64,000 nucleotides of DNA from Alphaproteobacteria bacterium. GTDB taxonomy: Bacteria; Pseudomonadota; Alphaproteobacteria; RF32; CAG-239. Shown piece by piece: positions 9,794-18,040 of this stretch. The notes under the pieces were generated by a model that searched no databases, had not been told where the DNA came from, and saw nothing but the letters and a program-made list of their open reading frames with translations. How positions within the stretch are numbered: position 1 is the stretch's first letter; each line of letters starts with the position of its first letter. The DNA lies in NCBI GenBank assembly GCA_045639065.1, contig JAZUCK010000001.1, positions 11,331 to 75,330 of the forward strand, in the 5' to 3' direction. The position numbers were made by a program, and so were the translations under genes.

Positions 9794-10947
9794 TATTCCG
9801 CCATTGCAAATTGTTTGTTATCTGTAACTTCGATTACTATACATGACTTATTTGTTTTTTTCAAACTATAACATGTTTTATCCGCCTCATTTTTTGCAAA
9901 GCCTTTTAATTGAGAACGATAAACAACAGCTCCACCATTAGGTGAGACTTCAACATTTATTTGGCTTTTATTGGCATAAGGGAGGTGAATATCGTTTTGT
10001 ATCATTAACGCATAGTTGCGTGCTTTTATGTAGTTTGAAAAGGAACCGATTTGAATTCCCCAGTTATTGTTATTGTCAGCAGCATCTGTTTCGGGAATAT
10101 CCAATTTTGCGTATAGTCGGGTTGATTTTTTGCCGGTAAGCTTTGTTAGGCCGTTTTTCATCAAATCGGCAACTTTATAGTCTCGTTTTTTACCTGTTTG
10201 ATGTCCCATAGTAACGGCAATTACTCTTTTATCATCCCATTGAGCTGAAGTTACGATATTGTATCCTGCTCGTCTGGTATAACCGGTTTTCATACCGTCA
10301 GCACCTTTGAAATGTTTTAGTAAATGATTGTGATTTTTGAATGTAAGATCTTTGAATTTGAATGTCTTAGCTGAAAACATTTCATAATATTCGGGGTAGT
10401 GATGATAAATTGCGCTGGCTAAGATTGCCATATCACGAGCGGTTGTTTTTTGGTCTTTGTGATGTAAGCCGTTGGGATTTTTAAATATTGTGTTTTTCAT
10501 TCCCAATTCTTTGGCTGTTTTATTCATTGTTTCAACAAAGTTTTTTACATTACCGCCAATTCCTTCAGCCAAAACTATAGCGCAATCATTTGCTGATTTT
10601 ACAATCAAAGCCATTACGGCATCTTTAACCGATATTTTGTTTCCTTTGAGAAGTCCTAAGTATGAAGGTTCTTGGCTGGCGGCTTTGTATGAGGCTGTTA
10701 ATTCAGTGTTTAATGTGATGTCGCCGTTTTCTAAGGCATTGAAGGTAAGATATAAAGTCATAAGTTTGGTTAGCGATGCCGGATAGCGCTGTTCGTCAGC
10801 ATTGTGCGAGTATAAAACGTCACCGTTTATGGCATCGATAACAATTGATGATGTGGTTCTTGCACATTGGGCTTCGGAAATGTTAAACAAACAGGTAAAG
10901 CATAAAAGTAAACACAAGAAAAAACCTGCTTTATGTAATAATTTCAT
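9793..10947 (-). CDS. D-alanyl-D-alanine carboxypeptidase (peptidase S11) with C-terminal SPOR-like domain
   Basis: PASLTK (SxxK), KSAND (SxN), KTG motifs; C-terminal WGIQIGSF. Confidence 0.9.
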   Translation of the reverse strand: MKLLHKAGFFLCLLLCFTCLFNISEAQCARTTSSIVIDAINGDVLYSHNADEQRYPASLTKLMTLYLTFNALENGDITLNTELTASYKAASQEPSYLGLLKGNKISVKDAVMALIVKSANDCAIVLAEGIGGNVKNFVETMNKTAKELGMKNTIFKNPNGLHHKDQKTTARDMAILASAIYHHYPEYYEMFSAKTFKFKDLTFKNHNHLLKHFKGADGMKTGYTRRAGYNIVTSAQWDDKRVIAVTMGHQTGKKRDYKVADLMKNGLTKLTGKKSTRLYAKLDIPETDAADNNNNWGIQIGSFSNYIKARNYALMIQNDIHLPYANKSQINVEVSPNGGAVVYRSQLKGFAKNEADKTCYSLKKTNKSCIVIEVTDNKQFAMAE

Positions 10948-11092
10948 AGCATCCTCATCTTAAGTAAATATATATTTCTTAAAGTATAACGTTAAAAAGA
11001 AAAAAAAGAGTTAATATCTAAATTAAAAAAAAGATGTAAAAATTGCTTGACTTTGTTTTATATTATAGTTAAAAAGACAGCTGTGATTTGAT

Positions 11093-11169
11093 GGCGAACG
11101 TAGCTCAGTTGGTAGAGCCCCGGTTTGTGGTACCGGTTGTCGTCGGTTCGAGCCCGATCGTTCGCCCCA
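11093..11169 (+). tRNA. tRNA-His(GTG)
   Basis: Cloverleaf with GCGAACG/CGTTCGC acceptor stem, G-1 and C73, anticodon loop TT-GTG-GT, GTTCGA T-loop, encoded CCA. Confidence 0.96.
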
Positions 11170-11436
11170 TTTAAAAACCCTGACCTTGAGTCAGGGCTTT
11201 TTTTTGCGAACAATCGGGCTCTCAGGTTCGAGCCCGTCTTGTTACGTAAGGTTGTAGTTTTTTCTACAACCTAACTTCACTTCGGGCAAGCCAATGTAAC
11301 ATTTGCAACTGACGCCGTTTCCGGCTATTGCAAATTAACAATGTCTGAAAGTTCGTGGCAAAAACAGTTCACTGAAATGTTTTTGCTCACAAACTCGTTC
11401 GCCCCATTTAAAAACCCTGACCTTGAGTCAGGGTTT
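11158..11436 (+). repeat. Direct repeat of the tRNA-His 3' end plus terminator (about 11158-11200 and 11395-11436)
   Basis: TCGTTCGCCCCATT(T)AAAAACCCTGACCTTGAGTCAGGG occurs twice, 237 bp apart, around a hairpin-rich spacer. Confidence 0.9.
11173..11205 (+). terminator. Intrinsic terminator after tRNA-His
   Basis: AAAAACCCTGAC-CTTGA-GTCAGGGCTTTTTTT. Confidence 0.85.
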
Positions 11437-11441
11437 TGTTG

Positions 11442-13688
11442 TTATCTTTTTAGCATTTTAATTTCAAGTTTTATATCATTTCTTTTTTGTTTGTATTTTT
11501 TACGTTTTTTACCGAAACATATTTTAGATAATATGTAGTATTTATAATATTTAAGTTTTAATTTTCGGATACTTGAACTTGATGACGATATTTTCTTTAA
11601 TATGAAATAGTACGGATTATACATTTTTTCATTTTCACAGGATAAAGCTTCCGTTAAAAAGTTTTGCGAAATGTCTAACCATTTTTTTAATCGTTCGGCA
11701 AAATCTGTATAATCGATTTTGTCTGCATTTCTAATTATTGAATTGTCAATTTTTTGAGAAATTACAAATGATGATTGGGGAATATTAAACATTTCAAAAA
11801 GAGATTTTACTCTTTCTTGGCGACCATTATCTTTTCCGATATAAATGAATTGTTTGTTAAATATTAAGCAAAAACATATACAATGGAATGAATCGGTAAG
11901 GACGAACGATGCATTGTTTAGAGTAGCTAACCATTCTTCAATAGTTAAATTATGGCGAATACTCTGAAAATTGCTAAGTGAGTTTTCGGCTTCTTTATTA
12001 AGTTCTTCGTTTACAATATAGTATACATTTTTGGTATTTTTTACTGATGTATCGGCAATTTTATTCCATTCGTCTTTTGTCAGTAAGAAGACAGGATCTA
12101 ATACATGAGTTGCTTTGGTTCTAAATACATCTCGACAGATATCTACACCACTTTTTTCTCTGACACCTATTCGATTAAATTTTGAAAGTAACATACCAAC
12201 ATTGTCAATTTCATCATTTGAAGCAGAAAATTTGGCTTGTCCGAAAGATGCCGAATAGGCGATACTTTTATTTGTATCATCAACAAAACCTAAGAAATAT
12301 ATGTGTTTATATTTAGAAACAAACTCGTAATTAAAAACTTGATCAGAGCCCACAATAAATGTGCCAAAATCGTCATTTAGTTTTATTAAATCTTTCATCG
12401 AGTTGCATTTGTACGTTAAAGGAAGATTTTTTGCTCTAAATTCAGGGAAATTTGATGAAGAATAACTATTTTTACCCCAAGCCGGTGTATAATCAATATT
12501 ATATGCATCAAATCCCAGCGAATTGATGTACTTGTTTAGTGCGTATGATGTTAATATTGCGCCGTAATTGTTATTTTCAAAATGAAAATTGAGTAAAGCA
12601 ACTTTTTTATTTTTATCAAATATTTGAGATATTGTATCATCAAAACTAAATTTATCCAAATATTCAAAGAATTTGTCGCGGGCAAAATGCTTTGGTGAAG
12701 GATTACGAAGCTGTGGTTGTAAAACCTTATCTTTGGGATATTCTTTTAGAAATAAAGGATTATGTTTTTTTATGTTATCTAACAAAATTGTTCCTTTATT
12801 ATTTATGGAAATTAAATTTATCCCCTTATTATCATCGATATTTTCCGGACATCCCCAAAAATCACCGACCATGATATCCGAAACTCTGTTTGTACTGGCA
12901 TAAGGACAAGAATGACAACTTTTTCTTAAGCATATGTCTGATAAAAATGCTTTATAGAATGTATCATTATGCATTACTTCACTATACAAAATATTTTTAT
13001 CGTCGCTTATTACAAATGTAAAAGTATGCCATCCTAGTTTTTTGTTTCGGAAATTGACCGATACATCATTTTTTATATCTTTTTCAAGATGTTTACTCTC
13101 AATAAATTTTTCAAAAACCTTAGGTGATGGAACGCCGTGACAAATTAAATCTATTAAATACAAATTATCGTAAGGTTTTGATAAAAATTTTCTTAAAGCA
13201 TTTACTTGACAAGGTGTACCGACAAAAGCAACAACATCGCCTTCTTTTAATTTATCGGCCACTTCATTGTAAATATTTTCAGTATCACTTTGAAAATATT
13301 TTGACCCACGCATATATTTGTCAAAAAAATCAAAGCTTTTAGTTAAGCGATGAGCTAATTTTCCTTTGTAAAACGATGCTCCGCAAAACCAACCGCCTTG
13401 CTCTATAATATGTTTGGCAATTATTGCGCACATACCGCCGGTTGAACTTTTACTTCTTTCAATCTCATTTTTGCTGTAAACAGCATAAAATTTTCTGTCA
13501 TCGGTCGGGATATTTTCTTTTTGTATTGGGCAAACTTTATTACATTTTGTACAATTGATACAGGCATTTTCATCTACTACAGGATATAAAAATCCTTCAT
13601 TATTGGGAATCATTTTGATTGCATTTACCGGACATACATTTTTGCAAGCCCCACAGCCTGTACAATTATCAAAATTAACATCAATCAT
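11442..13688 (-). CDS. Fusion of 4Fe-4S dicluster / F420 hydrogenase beta-like domain and polysaccharide pyruvyl transferase
   Basis: CTGCGACKNVCP and CINCTKCNKVCP ferredoxin motifs, GSKYFQS, GTPCQ, CHGVPSP, DIMVGDFWG; then NYGAILTSYAL, GSDQVFN, YSASFG, VREKSG, DPVFLL, TDSFH. Confidence 0.85.
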   Translation of the reverse strand: MIDVNFDNCTGCGACKNVCPVNAIKMIPNNEGFLYPVVDENACINCTKCNKVCPIQKENIPTDDRKFYAVYSKNEIERSKSSTGGMCAIIAKHIIEQGGWFCGASFYKGKLAHRLTKSFDFFDKYMRGSKYFQSDTENIYNEVADKLKEGDVVAFVGTPCQVNALRKFLSKPYDNLYLIDLICHGVPSPKVFEKFIESKHLEKDIKNDVSVNFRNKKLGWHTFTFVISDDKNILYSEVMHNDTFYKAFLSDICLRKSCHSCPYASTNRVSDIMVGDFWGCPENIDDNKGINLISINNKGTILLDNIKKHNPLFLKEYPKDKVLQPQLRNPSPKHFARDKFFEYLDKFSFDDTISQIFDKNKKVALLNFHFENNNYGAILTSYALNKYINSLGFDAYNIDYTPAWGKNSYSSSNFPEFRAKNLPLTYKCNSMKDLIKLNDDFGTFIVGSDQVFNYEFVSKYKHIYFLGFVDDTNKSIAYSASFGQAKFSASNDEIDNVGMLLSKFNRIGVREKSGVDICRDVFRTKATHVLDPVFLLTKDEWNKIADTSVKNTKNVYYIVNEELNKEAENSLSNFQSIRHNLTIEEWLATLNNASFVLTDSFHCICFCLIFNKQFIYIGKDNGRQERVKSLFEMFNIPQSSFVISQKIDNSIIRNADKIDYTDFAERLKKWLDISQNFLTEALSCENEKMYNPYYFILKKISSSSSSIRKLKLKYYKYYILSKICFGKKRKKYKQKRNDIKLEIKMLKR

Positions 13689-13706
13689 GGAATATTCCTC
13701 TTTTAT

Positions 13707-14654
13707 TTATACTTTGATATTAAAAGTATTTGTTACCTTTTTTACAAGATAGTTGCCGATAAAGGCATGATTTTCGAGTGTTTTTGAGCTTTTTTCAAAA
13801 TCAAAAGCGAGTATTTCTTTTTTTACTTGATAAAAATAGTCGACAATCTTTTGATCGTCATCTTGTGTAATTGTGGAATTACGAAATTTCTTTTCTAAGT
13901 CTTTACGAATTGTTGACATATGATGCATTGCGATTTCGTGTTTCGGAAACAAGAAAAATTTACCAAGACCATTCATTTTTCGGGTCGGATCAACAACGCA
14001 GGGAAAATATCCTTTTGATTTTACGCGTTTTGGAACGTTTATTTTGCAAATGAACGGGACATAAAAAGTAAATTGACCGGAAAGCTCGTGCGCATGTTCA
14101 TTTGCAGGAGAAAATATATAGTTGCTTACAAGTTGATATGTCGGGTCTTTTAAGTATTCAATAATTGAAACAGCCGAGCATTCAATTTTTTTTCTGACGA
14201 TAAAGTCTTTGGCTCTCTCGATTTCATCTTCAAAATAAAATTCATCGGTATCCATACTTAAATAATGGGTGCAACCGGCTTTTTTTGATATTTTCAATCC
14301 TAATTGTCGCTTGTTTCTTTCGTTCTCGGAAGCATGTAAATTTAAATTCGTATTATATAAAACATATTCGTCAATCAGGCCTCTTTCTTTTAAATCGGCT
14401 AATTTTATTTCTATGTCGTTGTTCCTTGTTTCGCCACAATTTGAAACTATTTGGTATACAACACTGATATAATGAGCAGATTTTCTTACTGATTTTATTG
14501 ATGCTTCGAGCAATTCTTCTCCGTCAAACAGGTTATACGAAATTCCGAGTTTTATTTTTTTGCTGTTATTTTGCTCGTAGGAGAATATTTTTTTGTTGAA
14601 CAAATAAAATTCGCGAATGTTGCCATTTTTTATTTTGTAGAAGAATTTACCCAT
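13707..14654 (-). CDS. Putative glycosyltransferase (GT-A / GT2-like)
   Basis: SYNLFDGEELL, ERNKRQLGL, DTDEF DxD motif, late HHM; in glycan operon. Confidence 0.65.
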   Translation of the reverse strand: MGKFFYKIKNGNIREFYLFNKKIFSYEQNNSKKIKLGISYNLFDGEELLEASIKSVRKSAHYISVVYQIVSNCGETRNNDIEIKLADLKERGLIDEYVLYNTNLNLHASENERNKRQLGLKISKKAGCTHYLSMDTDEFYFEDEIERAKDFIVRKKIECSAVSIIEYLKDPTYQLVSNYIFSPANEHAHELSGQFTFYVPFICKINVPKRVKSKGYFPCVVDPTRKMNGLGKFFLFPKHEIAMHHMSTIRKDLEKKFRNSTITQDDDQKIVDYFYQVKKEILAFDFEKSSKTLENHAFIGNYLVKKVTNTFNIKV

Positions 14655-14689
14655 ATGATTTATGAATCCTTTATTGTGTCATTATAGAA

Positions 14690-14754
14690 TCTATAAAAAC
14701 AAACGTTTATTTTATATAGCAAATCTTATAATTCAACAAAAAGTATAATGCAAG
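14690..14754 (-). promoter_or_regulatory. Sigma70-like promoter (-35 TTGCAT, 17 bp, -10 TATAAG) with downstream hix-like site; paralog of 27364-27428
   Basis: 48/65 ungapped identities to 27364-27428 by manual alignment; faces the 14654-11442 operon. Confidence 0.65.
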
Positions 14755-14896
14755 ATAAATTAGATAATTCAATGATTGTGGGTTATTTTTTTTATGCTTA
14801 GTTTGTATGATATACGAACGTTTATAAAAACAATATTTTTGTATGGAATATTGCTTTGGGATTGTAAAATGAGAAAGTTTAGTGGTTGTTATCAAT

Positions 14897-14925
14897 AAAA
14901 AAGCCATCTGATTAAAGATGGCTTT
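14897..14925. terminator. Intrinsic terminator after the NUDIX gene
   Basis: AAAAAAGCCATCT-GATTAA-AGATGGCTTT. Confidence 0.7.
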
Positions 14926-14929
14926 AAGG

Positions 14930-15340
14930 TTAGTGTTTTAAGGAGAAACCGATATCACGCAATTTTTCAATTAATTCTATATCGGCCTGTGCAAATTCAT
15001 AGTTATCGATTTCATCTAGTGTAATCCATGCTGTTTGGGCGTGTTCATTATCGACAATAGTATCGTTTTCATTGACCATATTTGCCCAGTATAAGTTGAT
15101 TTCGACTTGTGCAAAATCATAGTTGTGGGTTACTTGCATAATGAAATCACCAATAACGGTATCTATTTGCAATTCTTCTTGAAGTTCGCGGCGAAGGGCT
15201 TCTTGGAGCGTTTCGCCTTCTTCGGGTTTTCCTCCGGGGAATTCCCATACCAAAGGTGGTAATTTGGAGGCAGGGCGTTGAGCTATAAAAAGTTTGTTAT
15301 CTTTTACCAACGCAGCTGCAGCAACAACGATTTTTTTCAT
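14930..15340 (-). CDS. mutT: NUDIX hydrolase, MutT-like
   Basis: WEFPGGKPEEGETLQEALRRELQEEL Nudix box; start moved to ATG 15340 (AAGGAT RBS) from ORF-track 15385. Confidence 0.8.
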   Translation of the reverse strand: MKKIVVAAAALVKDNKLFIAQRPASKLPPLVWEFPGGKPEEGETLQEALRRELQEELQIDTVIGDFIMQVTHNYDFAQVEINLYWANMVNENDTIVDNEHAQTAWITLDEIDNYEFAQADIELIEKLRDIGFSLKH

Positions 15341-15437
15341 AATTATCCTTATATATTTATATTTGTCGTTGAGTTTATAACACAAAACTATTGATTAGTC
15401 AAACATTTGAGTATAAATTAAACCAATAATTATAACT

Positions 15438-16046
15438 ATGTTGGTGTGTCAGATGAAAAATAATTTTAGTTTTTGGCTTGTTTTGTTCGTTTTTGCTGTT
15501 TTTCCAGTATGGGCAAAAATCAATGTTGATTATACAGAAAATAGCATTTTGCTTCAGGCTCCGATTGTTAAAAAAGTTGATATGACGGAAACTTCAGTTG
15601 AAGAAGATACGCCTGTTGAAGATGTAAAGCCGGTTGAAGAAGTTGTTGAAGAAAATAAGGATACGGAAGATGCCGGCGAAAGTGAATCTGTTGATGAAGA
15701 AACTCAAGAAGCTGAGCCGGTAGAAAAGAGCCGTTTGCAAAAAAGAAGGGATGAATTAGCAATTGAACGCGCAAAGGAAACAAGGCGTTTTAAGAAAAAA
15801 GCCATTGCAAATACGGAAAGAAGAGAAAAAAAACATGAAGAGATATTAAAGCAGAAACAAGAAAATGAATCTCGCTTTCAAAAAAAGGCCAGAGAAAAAA
15901 TGGAACACGAGATGAAAGAGGAAAAAGAAAGAGAAAAAAATGAGGTAAAATCGCGTTTTCAGTTAAAAGCCGAAAAAAAAGCTGAGGAACGCGCAAAAAA
16001 AAGAGAAGAACGAGAAAAAAGGCTGAAAAGAAACAAAGATAAATAG
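15438..16046 (+). CDS. Hypothetical exported protein with acidic and Lys/Glu/Arg-rich coiled-coil region
   Basis: N-terminal signal-like segment, low-complexity charged C-terminus. Confidence 0.6.
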   Translation: MLVCQMKNNFSFWLVLFVFAVFPVWAKINVDYTENSILLQAPIVKKVDMTETSVEEDTPVEDVKPVEEVVEENKDTEDAGESESVDEETQEAEPVEKSRLQKRRDELAIERAKETRRFKKKAIANTERREKKHEEILKQKQENESRFQKKAREKMEHEMKEEKEREKNEVKSRFQLKAEKKAEERAKKREEREKRLKRNKDK

Positions 16047-16096
16047 CTTGCATTTGAAAAAAAATTGATTTATAAAACGAAGCCGATAATGATGAT

Positions 16097-16170
16097 TGCT
16101 TCGTCGTCTAATGGTAGGACAGCGGATTCTGACTCCGTCAATCTTGGTTCGAGTCCAGGCGAAGCAGCCA
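16097..16170 (+). tRNA. tRNA-Gln(CTG)
   Basis: TGCTTCG/CGAAGCA acceptor stem, anticodon loop TT-CTG-AC, GTTCGA T-loop, encoded CCA. Confidence 0.95.
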
Positions 16171-16455
16171 ACAAAAAAATCCACCTGAAAAGGTGGATTT
16201 TTTTATTGGCTTAAAGGACAAGAACCAAGATTTTGGTTCGGAGCGGATAGTTGGCGAAAACGAGTGTTGAGCTTAGCAAAACGCTTGGCGAAATACGAAG
16301 TTTGAGGCTTACGACGCGAGGAGGACCCGCTTTAGCGGGAGTACCCAGTCCAGGCGAAGCAGCCAATAAAAAAATCCACCTGAAATGGTGGATTTTTTTA
16401 TTGGCTTAAAGGACGAGAACCAAGATTTTGGTTCGGAGCGGATAGTTGGCGAAAA
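16152..16455 (+). repeat. Two ~109-bp direct repeats (16152-16260, 16347-16455) starting in the tRNA-Gln 3' end and including its terminator
   Basis: AGTCCAGGCGAAGCAGCCAA...ATCCACCTGAAA.GGTGGATTTTT...GATAGTTGGCGAAAA repeated with a 195-bp period. Confidence 0.92.
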
Positions 16456-16605
16456 CTAATACATTTTATATCTTCTTTCTAAAACCCTAGACATCTGTTT
16501 TATGTGGAGATAAATTAACGCTTGATTGCTTAGTGTAAATATTGTATGAGTCACACAAAATATAGTTTATAAATATGAAATATGTAATAATGAGGGATTT
16601 TTCTC

Positions 16606-17250
16606 ATGTCTGATGTGATAAGTAAGAAAATAGAAAAAGAATTGTATGAATATGTAAATTTTAAGAAAGAGTTTCAATTTACATTTAAGGACATAATTAA
16701 TAAGGGAAATATTCAATATTGTGATGGTTTTCCTATTTATGATGAAGAAGGTAATTATATCCCTGAGTGTAATAAGTGGATAAATGTTGGGTATAAAATT
16801 AAAAATTCTTTATCCAAGTTACTTTCTAACCTATATCCCTATGAATTTGTTTTTAGAAATTTTCACTTAAAGAGTATTGAAGCATTTTTCCAATGTATTA
16901 AATTCAAAGATCCCATTATTCAGCAGATGATTTTTAATTACTACGGAACAGATGCCTATCATATTCAAGCAACCAGTTGTTACGACTGGAAAGAAACAGG
17001 ATATATTTATTGGCAAGGCCACCCCATAAAACGAGATAGTTCAGAATATGATATGTTGGTGGACGAATTATATATTTCAGCAGCACAAAATCCTTTGTAT
17101 AGGCAAGCGTTGAAAAGTGTAACAAATCCAATCATTCATTCTATCGGAAAAACATTAAAAAGTGAAACTGTATTCACTCGTTATGAGTTTGAAAGAGAAT
17201 TAAATAGTCTTTCTGCGTTTTTGAAACACATAGATCAAGGCCACCAATAA
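16606..17250 (+). CDS. NADAR-superfamily protein of the phage T4 gp30.3 type
   Basis: LSNLYPYEF, SIEAFFQCIK, IYWQGHPIKR, AAQNPLYRQAL, IHSIGK, ETVFTRYEF match the recalled T4 30.3 motif order (LSNF, LEGFLQGCK, LFWLG, QN..FRDAL, KHS, DTILTEAEF). Confidence 0.7.
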   Translation: MSDVISKKIEKELYEYVNFKKEFQFTFKDIINKGNIQYCDGFPIYDEEGNYIPECNKWINVGYKIKNSLSKLLSNLYPYEFVFRNFHLKSIEAFFQCIKFKDPIIQQMIFNYYGTDAYHIQATSCYDWKETGYIYWQGHPIKRDSSEYDMLVDELYISAAQNPLYRQALKSVTNPIIHSIGKTLKSETVFTRYEFERELNSLSAFLKHIDQGHQ

Positions 17251-17267
17251 ATAAAAGGATTTTTCTT

Positions 17268-17972
17268 ATGGAAATTACAATTAGACCAATGTCATCTGAA
17301 GAAGCTTGGGAACATATTATTTATAACCATATGGCATACCATAAGAAATTAAAACATTTTGGATATGGTTATGAAAATTTTATTCCTTTGCACGATTTTA
17401 TTAAAGAGATGTTTGATAATGAAAATTTAACACCTCAATATATAGATAAATGTAAAAAGCAGTTTTTAAATGATGTTTATGATATAAAAAAACTACAATC
17501 TATAGAAAGTATTTTTGAGAATAATATAAAACAAAAATTTATGGATAGCGTGGATAAATATTTGCAACCTCTGTGCTCATCATGGAATGCTATAATGCCT
17601 GATAAGTTTGAAATTTGGTGTACTTTTGGTTATGGTTCAGGATATTGGCGTAAAGATGATTATACAGCAATAATGCTGTTTCGGATGTCTCGTTTTCCTA
17701 AAGATGAAACTTCTATTTTTAATATAATGTTTCATGAATTTGTTCATATGCTGATAGAAAAACCAATAATTGAAAAATATGCTGTTCCCCAAAACATAAA
17801 AGAACGAATAGTTGATATTATTTGTTACGAGTTAATCAGAAAACCTGTACAAGTAATGTTTGAGGATTCTTTTTCTGATACCTACATAACAGCTGAAACT
17901 ATTAAAACAAACCTGTCTCAAACTGTTGAAAAAATGATGACAGACTATAAGGCGTTACAATGTAATCAATAA
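17268..17972 (+). CDS. Hypothetical protein with HExxH zinc-binding motif
   Basis: FHEFVHMLIE motif; RBS AAGGA; co-oriented 17 bp after the NADAR gene. Confidence 0.55.
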   Translation: MEITIRPMSSEEAWEHIIYNHMAYHKKLKHFGYGYENFIPLHDFIKEMFDNENLTPQYIDKCKKQFLNDVYDIKKLQSIESIFENNIKQKFMDSVDKYLQPLCSSWNAIMPDKFEIWCTFGYGSGYWRKDDYTAIMLFRMSRFPKDETSIFNIMFHEFVHMLIEKPIIEKYAVPQNIKERIVDIICYELIRKPVQVMFEDSFSDTYITAETIKTNLSQTVEKMMTDYKALQCNQ

Positions 17973-18001
17973 TGAATTGTTTGACAGTTGGAAGTTCGCG
18001 A

Positions 18002-18039
18002 CAGCCAACAAAAAAATCCACCTGAAAAGGTGGATTTTT
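18002..18039 (+). repeat. Third copy of tRNA-Gln 3' end (CAGCCA) plus terminator
   Basis: CAGCCAACAAAAAAATCCACCTGAAAAGGTGGATTTTT matches the sequence at 16165 onward. Confidence 0.9.
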
Positions 18040-18040
18040 A

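Noticed and set aside
10950-11090. CtrA boxes (TTAA-N7-TTAA) in intergenic regions
   Set aside because: Only near-matches were seen, and they are expected by chance in such AT-rich DNA.
11093-11169. Unusual tRNA-His identity
   Set aside because: It has the canonical G-1:C73, not the G-1-less form of some alphaproteobacterial orders; only taxonomically informative.
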